This document shows positions 28,796 through 37,955 of a stretch of DNA of 44,452 nucleotides, in pieces. The DNA is from a virus (lineage: Duplodnaviria > Caudoviricetes). The number at the start of each line of letters is the position of its first letter. Position 1 is the stretch's first letter. The DNA lies in the IMG/VR virus record IMGVR_UViG_3300027688_000007, positions 1-44,452 of that record; one strand, written 5' to 3'. Both the position numbers and the translations under genes were made by a program. Under the pieces are notes generated by a model, which saw only the letters and a program-made list of their open reading frames with translations, was not told the DNA's origin and did no database searches.

Positions 28796-29574
28796 TACCT
28801 CACATCATGATCGTCCAAGCGGCATACTCAGACGCTAGACTGTCAGAGCTACGACTTAACATTGCACGCCACACATCAATACCATCCTTAGCGTTCCAGA
28901 TGGTCAGACCGACAGTTCATATTGCAGTGAACCCCAACGATCCGCACTTACAGGCAAGATTGGAAGCGTACCGATCTACTGGGTGTGTTGTAGTTCCTCT
29001 ATTTAGAACTGAATGGAAACTATATAAAGAAGACTGGCAATTACCTGATGGGCGTAAGATCGTTAGTCGTATGGACGATGACGATGTTATATGTAGTAGC
29101 TACTGTAGAGAAATAAGGAATGCAGTACCAGAGTCCGGCGAATGGAACATGATGTTTCCGGTTGGATATGTTTGGTGGCGTAATACTGCCTACCTTTTAG
29201 ACAAGCCCGGTATCCAATTCGTAACGCTAGTGACAGATAAACAAACAGACCCACATCAGGAAGGGCATTGGAAGTATCACGAGGCATGGCCAACAAAAGT
29301 AGTTAGTAGGTTGCCGTCTTGGATCTGGGTTAGGCATGGTGCAGCATCTACTAGTACGCTTTCGAGGTATAGAACTAGAAAGCTAAAAGGTATCGATGCT
29401 AAGCGTATACCAATTAACCTCAGAGCAATACAGCGAGCAATAGAACCCACAGGACTTGCATCTGGTACCTACGAACAACATCAGAACCAAGCCACCTTAC
29501 GTCATGTCCTGCAACAGAACCAAATTCACACTGGTACTAACATACCGCGAGGTCTTGAGGTACCTAATAAATGA
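28792..29574 (+). CDS. GT-A glycosyltransferase (putative rhamnosyltransferase-like)
   Basis: SIPSLAFQ, SRMDDDD, terminal WIWVRHG. Confidence 0.65.
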   Translation: MIPHIMIVQAAYSDARLSELRLNIARHTSIPSLAFQMVRPTVHIAVNPNDPHLQARLEAYRSTGCVVVPLFRTEWKLYKEDWQLPDGRKIVSRMDDDDVICSSYCREIRNAVPESGEWNMMFPVGYVWWRNTAYLLDKPGIQFVTLVTDKQTDPHQEGHWKYHEAWPTKVVSRLPSWIWVRHGAASTSTLSRYRTRKLKGIDAKRIPINLRAIQRAIEPTGLASGTYEQHQNQATLRHVLQQNQIHTGTNIPRGLEVPNK

Positions 29575-30719
29575 ATCCATTCGCTACACACCAGCGAATG
29601 CTGGTCAAATACCTGATGCGAACGACAGGGCCAATCGTAGAGATTGGTTGTGGGGACTATTCAACGCCGCTAATTCACGAAATCGCGTCAGCACAGGGCC
29701 GCACAGTGCTTACACTTGAAAGTAATGCTGAGCGGCTGCATCGGTTCAGCAATTACAAAACTGATTGGCACTCGCTTCAATACGTCGAATCGTGGGACAA
29801 CTGGCATCCAGAGGGCCGATACGGGCTGGCGTTCATCGACCACGCTCCAGGGGACCGCAGGCCGATTGAGTACTTGAAGCTGCGAGACATTACCGACATA
29901 CTAATTCTGCACGACACAGAAGCAAGAGGCTACGACTGGCACGCGATTTACCCACACATGGACCACATTGAAACAGATGCTAATACTAAGCCGTCTACTA
30001 CGGTGCTGCGTGGGCTGAATTCGTCTGTGCAGTTTCCTGACGTGGCAACACCTTGGCGGAATCACTGGACACTAGGGCTACGGTATTTGGTAGTCGTCCC
30101 TACGCATCGCTTAGACGTGGCTAAATCTACAATCGATCTACTTGAAAAGTCCCTGACGTATCCGACAGAATTTCACGTACTCGATGGATCAAAGGGTAAG
30201 TGCCACGCAATAAATGCAGCTATGGTAGATAGGCTGCGACTAGGGACACATGACATTTACTGCACGGTTGATGATGATCTGATTATGTCTCTTAACTGGC
30301 AGCATTTTATTGCATGTGCGTTTGATAGGGTGCCGAAGCTCGGAGTGTGTGGCATCGACTATCGAGGAAGCGAAGTTGGTGAATTATTAATGTCAGCGGC
30401 AATCAATGTGCCGATTGCCAGAGTCGCAGATATTGAATTCCGTGACTGTACAGGGGTGCAAAATGTAGCTGGTGGTTGTATGGCAATGCCTGCCGCAGTA
30501 GCGAAGAAAGTTGGACCGTTTCCGTTAGCAGATGATGGTAGGATCTATCACGTTGAAGAAGACGCTTGGCGATGTCACAGGGCGATCACTCTTGGTTATC
30601 GAATCGGCTATGTGAGCAATCCAAACGGCGTTGTTGAGTTGCTGGGCCATGCCAACACCCCGCAGTACATGAGCAGAAAACAGGATGATATCGCCAACTG
30701 GAAGCGTAACAGAAAATAA
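29571..30719 (+). CDS. SAM methyltransferase-GT2 glycosyltransferase fusion
   Basis: IVEIGCGDYST, AFIDHAP, LHDTE; then VVVPT, TVDDDL, VAGGCM, EEDAW. Confidence 0.7.
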   Translation: MNPFATHQRMLVKYLMRTTGPIVEIGCGDYSTPLIHEIASAQGRTVLTLESNAERLHRFSNYKTDWHSLQYVESWDNWHPEGRYGLAFIDHAPGDRRPIEYLKLRDITDILILHDTEARGYDWHAIYPHMDHIETDANTKPSTTVLRGLNSSVQFPDVATPWRNHWTLGLRYLVVVPTHRLDVAKSTIDLLEKSLTYPTEFHVLDGSKGKCHAINAAMVDRLRLGTHDIYCTVDDDLIMSLNWQHFIACAFDRVPKLGVCGIDYRGSEVGELLMSAAINVPIARVADIEFRDCTGVQNVAGGCMAMPAAVAKKVGPFPLADDGRIYHVEEDAWRCHRAITLGYRIGYVSNPNGVVELLGHANTPQYMSRKQDDIANWKRNRK

Positions 30720-30744
30720 TAACCATTACAGTAGCGTCATGACC

Positions 30745-30772
30745 TTTACATTTACGAAAACCCCACTATACT
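30745..30772 (+). promoter_or_regulatory. Possible internal sigma70-like promoter
   Basis: TTTACA-N16-TATACT in a ~95-bp intergenic gap. Confidence 0.4.
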
Positions 30773-30815
30773 TCACTATTGAGTTCCTGCAAGTCTCTAA
30801 CCCCCAAGTGAGTCC

Positions 30816-31607
30816 ATGCCGCTAACAGATTGGTTCGTTTGCGTCACCACTGCCCCTAGAAAAGATCCCACTATAAGCAGTTGTCTGACGTCTATTACTG
30901 CTTGTGGTTGGAACCCTGTAGTATTCGCAGAACCAGACTCACAGACAGTAGAGGGGTACAGATTTGTTCATAACTCAGTAAGACTAGGAGCATGGCACAA
31001 CTGGTTAAAGTCTATGCGTGCCGCCTTAGAGAGTAACGCTAAGTACATTCTATCAGCACAGGATGACTCGTTATTCCACCCAGACAGCAAGCAGTTCATA
31101 GAAAGAGTAATGTGGCCTAGTGGTAATACTGGGTTCATTAGTCTGTACACAGCAAAGCACTACTCGCAAAATCTATCTGGAGAGTTAAAACCACTTGGGT
31201 TAAAAAGACTAATCACATCCAGCTTGTGGGGTGCGTGTGCTTTGGTGTTCCCTAGAGATGTAGTAGTCCAAATACTGGATCATCCTCTTAGTCAAGAATG
31301 GACGGGTATCGCTCCTAATACCTTATCGGAAGGACAGAAATTAAAGTTACTACAAGAGAAGAAAGAAAAACCATATCTAATACAGAATGTAGATACCCTG
31401 ATAGGCAGGGTGCTGAACGGTATTGGGTTGGAGATGTGGTGTGTAGATCCATCACCCGTACAGCATATTGCAGTGTACTCTTCTGTCGGTCATGCTGACA
31501 ACAACACAGGTAAGCGTAATTGTCTACGTTGTGCCGATCACAAACTCCCCTTAGACAAACAGGTATTCCCTGATGAGGATATGTACTTCAATAAGTCCAC
31601 GACGTAA
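30816..31607 (+). CDS. GT-A fold glycosyltransferase
   Basis: VTTAPR, LGAWHNW, AQDD, WGACALVF, PSPVQHI. Confidence 0.7.
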   Translation: MPLTDWFVCVTTAPRKDPTISSCLTSITACGWNPVVFAEPDSQTVEGYRFVHNSVRLGAWHNWLKSMRAALESNAKYILSAQDDSLFHPDSKQFIERVMWPSGNTGFISLYTAKHYSQNLSGELKPLGLKRLITSSLWGACALVFPRDVVVQILDHPLSQEWTGIAPNTLSEGQKLKLLQEKKEKPYLIQNVDTLIGRVLNGIGLEMWCVDPSPVQHIAVYSSVGHADNNTGKRNCLRCADHKLPLDKQVFPDEDMYFNKSTT

Positions 31608-32244
31608 AGAAAGACAGCAGAAGTGTATTAACTCGTGGCTGGCACTAGGGTGTAAAGTCACCTCTATACAGTCCGAAGGAGAATCATCTACTCTTCAGCA
31701 AGACTACCCGGAAGTTAATTTTATAGAAACCACTTCAGTAGGTAACGCATTCAATAGACCTAAGTTGGTAAGAATTCGTGCAATACTAGATCAAGCTATA
31801 AATAGTCCAATACTGATACTTAACTCGGACATCGAAGTTAGAACTACAGTAGCGGAATTTAATAAAGTTTGGAGACCAATAGAGGGTGACAACCTGCAGA
31901 TGGGAATTAGATGGGATGAAGATCCTAAGACTAAATCTCTAAACCTTCTGAAGTACGGTATTGATGCTTTCTTAATCACTCCCAAAATAGCTAAAGATCT
32001 GAATGATATTGGGATGACTATGGGATGCCCTGCATGGGATTATTGGGTGCCTATACACCTACAGCGTAAAGGCTACCAACTACATACTAGTAAACACCTG
32101 AGTCTATTTCACGAGACTCACGAGCAGAACTGGAATAAGGAAGACTTTAAGATAGGTGTCTCCCTTCTACAGAGACACTATAACCTATCCTTAAAAGAAG
32201 CGTCTACTTTCATACTCAACATAACAGAAAGAACAAACCTCTAG
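31573..32244 (+). CDS. Glycosyltransferase-like protein
   Basis: ILNSDI, GIDAF, MGCPAWDYW, FHETH. Confidence 0.6.
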   Translation: MRICTSISPRRKERQQKCINSWLALGCKVTSIQSEGESSTLQQDYPEVNFIETTSVGNAFNRPKLVRIRAILDQAINSPILILNSDIEVRTTVAEFNKVWRPIEGDNLQMGIRWDEDPKTKSLNLLKYGIDAFLITPKIAKDLNDIGMTMGCPAWDYWVPIHLQRKGYQLHTSKHLSLFHETHEQNWNKEDFKIGVSLLQRHYNLSLKEASTFILNITERTNL

Positions 32245-32951
32245 TGTCATATTCTATCTTCATTAAGACTTGGAAAGAGGATGTTAAGTGGTTGCCCTAC
32301 ACTCTACAGTCTATCGAGAAGTACGGTACTGGGTACAAGGAAGTAGTAATTGTAGCTGATAGATCTTGCCTAGAGCAGGTTAAATCACTAGACACACTAG
32401 GTCTGTACGAAGTAGTTGCTGTAGAGGATTGGGAGAACGGTTATATACAGCAACAATGGATGAAACTAAATGCAGATGCTTTTATAGAGTCTGAATATAC
32501 ACTATTCGTAGACTCTGATTGCATCTTCCATACCCAGTTTGACCAAGAGTCTTTTATGCGAGATGGTAAGCCTATCTTGTTAAAGACTAGGTATGGTAAT
32601 CTGGGAGGTGCTGAAGTATGGAGACCTATCACTAGTTCGTTTGTGGGGTTTGATGTTGAGTACGAGTACATGCGACGACTACCGTGGATGTACCGTACAT
32701 CATCATTAATTGCATTCAAAAACAAATACCCACACACCTACAATCATCTAGCTGAACTGGCTACTCGTAACTTCAGTGAGTTCAATGCGTTAGGTGCATT
32801 CATTGACAAGTACGAGAACGATCAATACTGTGTATCAGACACTGAAGTGTGGATTCCTGATGCTGTAGCTAAACAGTACTGGTCATGGGGAGGTATAACC
32901 CCTGAGATACAAATAGAGATCAATAACTTCCTAGCAGGAGCAGTACGTTGA
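32244..32951 (+). CDS. Nucleotide-diphospho-sugar transferase-like protein
   Basis: GYIQQQWMKL, FVDSDC (DxD), FSEFNALG. Confidence 0.6.
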   Translation: MSYSIFIKTWKEDVKWLPYTLQSIEKYGTGYKEVVIVADRSCLEQVKSLDTLGLYEVVAVEDWENGYIQQQWMKLNADAFIESEYTLFVDSDCIFHTQFDQESFMRDGKPILLKTRYGNLGGAEVWRPITSSFVGFDVEYEYMRRLPWMYRTSSLIAFKNKYPHTYNHLAELATRNFSEFNALGAFIDKYENDQYCVSDTEVWIPDAVAKQYWSWGGITPEIQIEINNFLAGAVR

Positions 32952-33634
32952 AGATACTCCCTAACGGCATAGCAGTAATCGAAAAAGATACTCACATCTC
33001 AGCATGGGTTCAAGAGCATGGTAAGTTATCAATAGCCGAAGATATGCTACTCCCATTCAAAAAATACATTCCACTGAATGGAACTGTCATCGATGTGGGA
33101 GCCAGTATTGGGGACCATACCATAACCTACGCTGAGTGGGTAGGTACAGGCGGTACAGTAGTGGCCTTCGAAGTAAATCCCCGTGCTTATGTTTGCCTGC
33201 AGCACAATACTAAATATTTACCGCAAGTACTGCCAATCAAGACAGGGCTATCTAATGTTGAAGATAAAGTGACCCTAGTAGAACTAAATAACTCAGGTGC
33301 TGCTTATCTGTCGAGTGATAAGTCTAAAACTAAGGTACCCGTAACAACACTAGACTCTTACGAGTTCGAAGATGTTGACTTCATGAAGATTGATGTTGAA
33401 GGGTACGAAGTCAAAGTGCTGGAAGGGGCTATCAAGCTAATCGAAGACTCCCGGCCTGTAATACTGATTGAAGTCAACAGGTACACACTGGAACGTGCTG
33501 GAACGTCTGCAGATGCGTTGTTATCATTGCTGACCGAACTAGGGTACTCAATGGAGATTACTGACAGTCGAATACCGTGGTCAGACCCTCAGTTTGATTT
33601 GATTTGTATTCCGCTGGAGAGAGTAAAATGTTAA
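32948..33634 (+). CDS. FkbM-family methyltransferase
   Basis: IDVGASIG, AFEVNP, MKIDVEGYE.KVLEGA. Confidence 0.9.
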   Translation: MKILPNGIAVIEKDTHISAWVQEHGKLSIAEDMLLPFKKYIPLNGTVIDVGASIGDHTITYAEWVGTGGTVVAFEVNPRAYVCLQHNTKYLPQVLPIKTGLSNVEDKVTLVELNNSGAAYLSSDKSKTKVPVTTLDSYEFEDVDFMKIDVEGYEVKVLEGAIKLIEDSRPVILIEVNRYTLERAGTSADALLSLLTELGYSMEITDSRIPWSDPQFDLICIPLERVKC

Positions 33635-34143
33635 CAGCCGAAGAAGTTAGAGCAATGTTTTCGTACAATAAAGACACAGGAATATTGGTATGGGCTATAC
33701 CAAAAACTCGAAGTGTTAAAGTAGGGTCTAATGCAGGGTGCTTGTTTACTAATAAAGTAACTGGAAAAGCATACTACAGAGTTAGTATCAATAGTAAAAA
33801 CTACTTAGTACACCGAGTAATATGGTTACTGGTAACCGGAAGTTGGCCTGAACATCAAATTGATCATGAAAATGGTAATGGAATAGACAACCGATGGTGT
33901 AACTTGAGACAAGCCACTTCTCAAGTAAATAACAGTAATGCTAAGCAACGAAAAGATAATAGGTCTGGATGTACTGGAGTGTTTTGGGTTCCACAACATC
34001 AGTACTGGCTTGCGTACATAAACTACCAAGGAAAAAGAAAAAACTTAGGTTGTTACATACGTAAAGATGAAGCTATTTCAGTACGTAAACTGGCTGAAGT
34101 AGAGTACGGTTTTCATCCAAACCACGGAACTATAAATAAATAA
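33628..34143 (+). CDS. HNH homing endonuclease with a C-terminal AP2-like domain
   Basis: VHRVIW, IDHENGNGIDNRWCNLR, SGCTGV, KNLG. Confidence 0.9.
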   Translation: MLTAEEVRAMFSYNKDTGILVWAIPKTRSVKVGSNAGCLFTNKVTGKAYYRVSINSKNYLVHRVIWLLVTGSWPEHQIDHENGNGIDNRWCNLRQATSQVNNSNAKQRKDNRSGCTGVFWVPQHQYWLAYINYQGKRKNLGCYIRKDEAISVRKLAEVEYGFHPNHGTINK

Positions 34144-34144
34144 A

Positions 34145-34172
34145 ACCCACTAGCCATAGTTGACTAGTGGGT
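34145..34172. terminator. Hairpin between convergent genes
   Basis: ACCCACTAG/CTAGTGGGT stem. Confidence 0.6.
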
Positions 34173-34200
34173 CTGAGAAGCCTAGTACATCTAATGTGTG

Positions 34201-35769
34201 TTAGGCTTTCTTTGTTGCCTTCCTATCTTTTGGTGATACGTAAATCAGTTCGTTGATTGCTCTTGTGATAGCAACAAACTTTAGATTCATCTCCTGAATC
34301 TTAGCTTCCTCACTCTTTGCCATTGGGTGAGGCACGTTACCGGGATTGTAGAAGAATACCTTACTCGCTTCTAGTCCCTTACTGCGATGAATCGATGATA
34401 GACGAATACACTTCTTCACGTCGCTATCATCAAAAAGACCATCAATGAACGTAGTCATCTCTTCAATTGACTCACATTCATCAGCAATCTGTACAATGCA
34501 GTCTGCCTGATCGTTGACAATGATCTGCTGTGCATCTGTATCTGACAGTTTAGCTGTTAGCTTGTCAATCTCCTTACCACGCCATGCTTCAATAGCCATT
34601 GCCAACTCTCTAATGTTATCGATCTTATTCTTTCCTTTACCCCTGATCTTGTTAATAAGTTTGATTAGTCCCTTACCGATATCTCGACCAACAACCTTGA
34701 CATTCTTTCGTTCTTTAACTAGCTTCCATGCAATTGACATTAGTGGGGCATTCACTCGACTAACTAACATATCTCCTTCAGTTAGTTCCATATCTTCTTC
34801 GGCTACAGTAAACACTTTCCCTTCAGGATTAGTCGCACCGTAGTTGATAGCGTCACCAACAATCTTCTTAGCTTCCTCTACAATAGCCTTACCGCAACGG
34901 TACGTGTAGCTCAGTGGAAGAACTGATACATCCTCAATTGACTCTTCAATACTAGCAAATGACTGTGTATCAGCACCAGCAAATCCATAGATAGCCTGAT
35001 TAGGATCACCAATGAAGATATAAGTATCGCAGTCTTGATTTAGAATTAGCTGCAACTTACCGTGTGATAGGTCTTGTGCTTCGTCAATCAACATGATATC
35101 GAAGTTAGTCTTGTAACCGTATCGTGCTGGCAAATAGATCATATCATCGAAGTCAATGTCAATAGGCTTAGCCATGATCCCGGTCTTGATCTTACTTCCT
35201 TCTTTAATAATCCAACTAACTGATTGAGCCAATACAGTGTAGTCTGCAGATGGTTCATACTGGCGTGTCATGCACATCATCTTTAGTGAGTCAGCAGTAA
35301 TATCTGATTCAACCATCAACTGATCCTTACACATCTTGACTAGTTCTTTGACATCATCAAGAATGTCTCTTCCTTCTTTGTCTAGTTCCTTGATGTTCTT
35401 GACGTCAGTATACTGTAGATACAGATTAGCGGTCTTCCATGCGTCAGGTCGGTTACACTTAACACCTGCTGATCGTAGAATCTTGAAGCCAAGTGCGTGA
35501 ATAGTACTTGCAGTACCGTGAGTAATACGCTCACTTAGTTCCTCAGCGATACTCTTATTGAATGCAAGAAACACAACATCCTTACTGCCATCGATTCGTT
35601 CCTTCATCCATTCCCAAATAGCAAGCTGTTCGTCCGAAGGCTTGTATCTTAGATCACTCATAATACTACGCTTAGATACGCAGTACGACAGACCGTCAAC
35701 AATGGTAGTAGTCTTGCCTGATCCTGCAGTAGCGTTAACAATTAGTGCTTCACAAGTCTTAGTAGTCAT
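34201..35769 (-). CDS. UvrD/Rep-like SF1 helicase
   Basis: ATAGSGKTT, AFNKSIA, IDEAQD, GDPNQAIYGFAGA, SIHRSKGLE, VAITRA. Confidence 0.92.
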   Translation of the reverse strand: MTTKTCEALIVNATAGSGKTTTIVDGLSYCVSKRSIMSDLRYKPSDEQLAIWEWMKERIDGSKDVVFLAFNKSIAEELSERITHGTASTIHALGFKILRSAGVKCNRPDAWKTANLYLQYTDVKNIKELDKEGRDILDDVKELVKMCKDQLMVESDITADSLKMMCMTRQYEPSADYTVLAQSVSWIIKEGSKIKTGIMAKPIDIDFDDMIYLPARYGYKTNFDIMLIDEAQDLSHGKLQLILNQDCDTYIFIGDPNQAIYGFAGADTQSFASIEESIEDVSVLPLSYTYRCGKAIVEEAKKIVGDAINYGATNPEGKVFTVAEEDMELTEGDMLVSRVNAPLMSIAWKLVKERKNVKVVGRDIGKGLIKLINKIRGKGKNKIDNIRELAMAIEAWRGKEIDKLTAKLSDTDAQQIIVNDQADCIVQIADECESIEEMTTFIDGLFDDSDVKKCIRLSSIHRSKGLEASKVFFYNPGNVPHPMAKSEEAKIQEMNLKFVAITRAINELIYVSPKDRKATKKA

Positions 35770-35827
35770 TCTTCTGTCTTTCGTTCAAGTCTTTAACTCA
35801 GCAGTACTTTACTGCCTCACTCCAATA

Positions 35828-35836
35828 ATTATACCA
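35828..35836 (-). promoter_or_regulatory. Extended -10 promoter for the helicase
   Basis: TGGTATAAT on the minus strand. Confidence 0.5.
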
Positions 35837-35890
35837 GAATCCAAAATCCATAACAGATCAAAAATCGAAAATATCAAAAGTAATTTAGAC

Positions 35891-35919
35891 TTGACTGTCC
35901 GCCTGGTATCGACTATATT
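35891..35919 (+). promoter_or_regulatory. Sigma70-like promoter for the replication operon
   Basis: TTGACT-N17-TATATT. Confidence 0.6.
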
Positions 35920-36046
35920 ACACCTCGCCCCCCATTTGTAGCTGACTAGTCAGATCCTATCTGATGTATTCGTTGCACCCTGAAGCAACGTCTGTCACTT
36001 ATGGGATCTGTCTAGTCAGCTATTTTCATTCACACTCCAAGGATTA

Positions 36047-37447
36047 ATGATGAGCGACGTAACCCCCAACAAGCCTAGTCTAGAGTCAGTACTAGACAAA
36101 CTGAAAGTAGATAGCAGGCTAAAGACATGTGTTATCCAAGTCAACAGCATCGAGAAGGCCAAGCTATTACTAGACAACTTCAATGATACTAACCGTCCAC
36201 TAAGTAAGTCCCAGTACCGACTATACGGTAATGAGATGCTACGAGGTAAGTGGCGACTAAACGGAGAACCATTCATCTTCGGTATAGATGACCAGACAGA
36301 CGATGAGTCTGCTATCTCAATGCAGCATCGACTACACGGTCTTATTGAGGCTATCACAGCTTACGAGAAGAACCCAGATAACTACCCTGAAGCTCAGTTA
36401 GACCTAACGGTAGCCGTAGTATATAATGTTCCTATGGATACTGCCGATACGGTAGACCTTGGAATGACACGTAAGCACGGACACGTTATCTATCGTGATG
36501 AGTTTGTAGACAGTGTAATTCCAAAAGAATGGTGCAATACTAACAGTCGTAAAGCCAAGTGGTGTAATACACTGGCAGGTGCTGCTAGACTTGTTTGGTT
36601 GCGTTGTGGTGGTGCTACTGTTAGCTCAGCACCTAAGTTCATTGTATCTGAGATGATGGAGTTCATCAAAGAAGACCACAAGAACCTATGTAAGTTCGTC
36701 TCAGCAGTACTATCGTCAAGCGAAGAAGAAGGGGGAGGGCTAAAGATTAGCGTACCTTATATCGCTGGTCTATGCTACATGGCATCACTTGATAGCGATG
36801 GCGATCTGCACAAGGATACTATGGATACCTTGCTAGATGCAGTACTGGCTATCGCTCAGAATAAGGTAACTCCCGGCACTGCTGAACATGCTCTAGTAAC
36901 ATACTGGAACAAGTTGTTCGCTACACCGGGAAGTAAGGACCGAGATCTTGAGATTGTAGGGCCATTCGTTAAAGCAGTGAATGCAATCATCATCGGTGAA
37001 AAGACCACTGCTGCTAAGATTGCACTGACGAAGAAAGAACAAGAAGGGTATACTGCTTTCCCACCACTACTAACTGGATACGATGAAGCCTGTTTTGAGT
37101 ATGCAGCACAGGTAAAGGCTGATAATACTCTAGCTGCTGAGATTGCTAAACAGCAATCACAGATCCAGAAAGACGAAGCACGTATCCAGAAAGAAAATGA
37201 ACGTGCTGAGAAGGAAGCTATCAAAGCTAAGGAAGCAGCAGCTAAAGCTAAGGAAAAGGAAGCAGCACTCAAGGAAGTAGAAGAGGCTAAGGCCAAGGCA
37301 CCTATGAAGCCGGGTGTTATGTCTGTATTAGGTAAGGCTGTTAAGGCTGCTAATGACGCGAAAGCAGCTAAGAATGCTGTTAACAGCGAAGTAGCAACTA
37401 AGCCTATTATCAAGCGTAAAGCTGTTCCAGTAGGCAGTGGCAAGTAA
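36047..37447 (+). CDS. ParB/DGQHR-like domain protein with a Lys/Ala-rich tail
   Basis: NRPLS..Y..EM..G.W..NGEP, SMQHRL, DLGMTR. Confidence 0.55.
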   Translation: MMSDVTPNKPSLESVLDKLKVDSRLKTCVIQVNSIEKAKLLLDNFNDTNRPLSKSQYRLYGNEMLRGKWRLNGEPFIFGIDDQTDDESAISMQHRLHGLIEAITAYEKNPDNYPEAQLDLTVAVVYNVPMDTADTVDLGMTRKHGHVIYRDEFVDSVIPKEWCNTNSRKAKWCNTLAGAARLVWLRCGGATVSSAPKFIVSEMMEFIKEDHKNLCKFVSAVLSSSEEEGGGLKISVPYIAGLCYMASLDSDGDLHKDTMDTLLDAVLAIAQNKVTPGTAEHALVTYWNKLFATPGSKDRDLEIVGPFVKAVNAIIIGEKTTAAKIALTKKEQEGYTAFPPLLTGYDEACFEYAAQVKADNTLAAEIAKQQSQIQKDEARIQKENERAEKEAIKAKEAAAKAKEKEAALKEVEEAKAKAPMKPGVMSVLGKAVKAANDAKAAKNAVNSEVATKPIIKRKAVPVGSGK

Positions 37448-37559
37448 TGTTCGCTATCGGCTGCATCATTCTAGTGGCTTAGTCTTTCTCCACGACAGTG
37501 ATGGCACAAGTTGATTGAGTGCCAACTTGACAGCGACGGACGCCCGTAACCGTCATTAC

Positions 37560-37639
37560 TACCTGTTACAACAGATGGATAGTTGACACACCTAGCTAAT
37601 ACTTCGTGTGAAACGTAGGTTCGAATCCTACACAGGTAG
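37560..37639 (+). tRNA. tRNA-like RNA with a 14-nt anticodon loop (identity unassignable)
   Basis: TACCTGT/ACAGGTA, CAAC/GTTG with a GG D-loop, CACAC/GTGTG, GTAGG-TTCGAAT-CCTAC. Confidence 0.7.
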
Positions 37640-37673
37640 CTGCTTTTCTAACTCTAACCTCAGAAAGCCCCCA

Positions 37674-37955
37674 ATGCTAGGATTTGAAGAAGACGACACT
37701 ACTAAATCTTGTCTAAACGCACAGCAGGGTGGAACTCACTACCAGCAAGGCACCATACAGCCAATTGAATACATCCATGCTAACGATCTTAACTTCTTTG
37801 AGGGTAACGCTATCAAGTATATCACTCGCAATAGCAGGAAAGGATCAGCAGTAGAAGACCTAAAGAAAGCCGTACACTATCTACAGCTTGAGTTGAAATT
37901 CAATCATGGTATCGATTCAGTAATGGAGTACAGTGATGCAGTACTTGGGGATTGA
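37674..37955 (+). CDS. DUF3310-like protein
   Basis: GGTHY, IQPIEYI, FFEGNAIKYITR, EDLKKAVHYL. Confidence 0.85.
   Translation: MLGFEEDDTTKSCLNAQQGGTHYQQGTIQPIEYIHANDLNFFEGNAIKYITRNSRKGSAVEDLKKAVHYLQLELKFNHGIDSVMEYSDAVLGD

Noticed and set aside
37608-37673. N-terminal extension of the DUF3310-like ORF
   Set aside because: It overlaps the tRNA-like element; ATG 37674 is the more plausible start
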